NCBI RefSeq assembly: GCF_006345805.1
Contig: NC_043001.1
Coordinates: 49,972,001 to 50,036,000 of the forward strand
Source: Octopus sinensis
Lineage: Eukaryota
Length of the DNA stretch: 64,000 nucleotides
Direction of reading: 5' to 3'
Shown here: positions 63,140 to 64,000 of the stretch, one piece after another
Layout: each line of letters opens with the position of its first letter
How positions within the stretch are numbered: the stretch's first letter is position 1
Position numbers and translations under genes: made by a program
Notes under the pieces: generated by a model
Database searches by the model: none
Told to the model about the DNA's origin: nothing
What the model saw: the letters and a program-made list of their open reading frames with translations, nothing else

Positions 63140-64000
63140 TATGGGTAATTCCATATAAATGTGGGACAGGCATCTTAATTTTTCACCAAATTTTGACCAG
63201 TTGTTCTTATCAGTAAGAACAGAAAAAGTGCAAAATTTCAGACCCCCAACTCCCAATGGTTCAAAACTTGTGATTTGAAATTTGGCCCAAATCACCAGTT
63301 TTTAGGCCTGTAGTGGCCATCTTGAATTTCAATGCTGCAACAAATAATATAATAACCTTCAATCCACATGGACTATTTTTCTGAAAATTTGTACCTGAGC
63401 ATTTTTTGGGGTGTTGAATCTCAATCTGAAGAGAAAAAAGTGTATTTCATATGGCAAAGTACTTGTTTTCTTCAATCAAAATGGAAAGAATTCACCATTT
63501 CCCCCCGACACTGCTATGTACTCAAATCTAAATTCTCAGAAGTGCCCAAATCCTACAGCTTTATAACTTTTTGCACAAACTGGACTCATGTGTGAAAAAA
63601 ACTCAATGGTACTCTCAAGACAGCAAAAGTTACAAACCACAAAGTTGAGCCATTTATTTGATATTTTGTAACCACAATCACAGGAAACATAACAGTCAGA
63701 GGAAATTGTCATTTCCTGTTTTCTTCAAATTCTTTTCTCACAATGGTCATATCAGTACAGCTGATTCAGGTGTTGGTTGGAGTTGTGTTATTGTCAGTTC
63801 ATCATGTGTAAGCATTCATCTTGGTCAGCATAATGTTTCCTTGTAATGAAAAGGGAAGCCACGTTTGTGATTTTAATGACTTTTCTTCAGCTCGTCTGTG
63901 TTTTGATCACCAGGGCATGAGATTCGATTTAAGCAATGGACAACAACTGGCAGAACTGAACTCGTCACTGTGCCTCTGTCTTTCCAAGAATTTGTTAACC
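63140..64000. mobile_element. Unclassified DNA-transposon-like end with decayed coding relic
   Basis: Subterminal-style sequence (caaaatttcagaccc...gaaatttggccc) from ~63140; minus-strand WKDRGTV..LPVVVHCLNRISC at the window edge; family not determined. Confidence 0.3.

Overview
AT-rich, repeat-saturated animal genomic DNA. The SINE, MITE and microsatellite repertoire looks like an octopus (coleoid cephalopod) intron or intergenic region; this taxon call is my pattern recognition, not a database hit. I found no host protein-coding gene I can support: nearly all ORFs in the track come from microsatellites, SINEs or decayed transposons, and only a few low-confidence candidate exons remain. The window is a layered record of mobile DNA: (1) many tRNA-derived SINEs of at least three modular types; (2) RTE, CR1/L2 and Penelope-like relics, two with hammerhead-ribozyme-like cores; (3) a near full-length dead Tc1 (DD34E), two internally deleted maT (DD37D) copies, an internally deleted piggyBac with a recent 245-bp tandem duplication, piggyBac/hAT MITEs and a probable solo LTR. 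The most interesting object is at 27997-29806. It is a 1.8-kb Tx1/L1-clade retroposon with a 5' end, a complete but decayed ORF1 (RRM-like region plus CCHC knuckle) and a 3' UTR, but no ORF2, like a HAL1 element. It is flanked by a perfect 13-bp direct repeat, sits at the 3' junction of a related copy, lies 6 nt from a hammerhead-like motif, and shares its last ~45 nt with the tail of a young SINE family in the same window.
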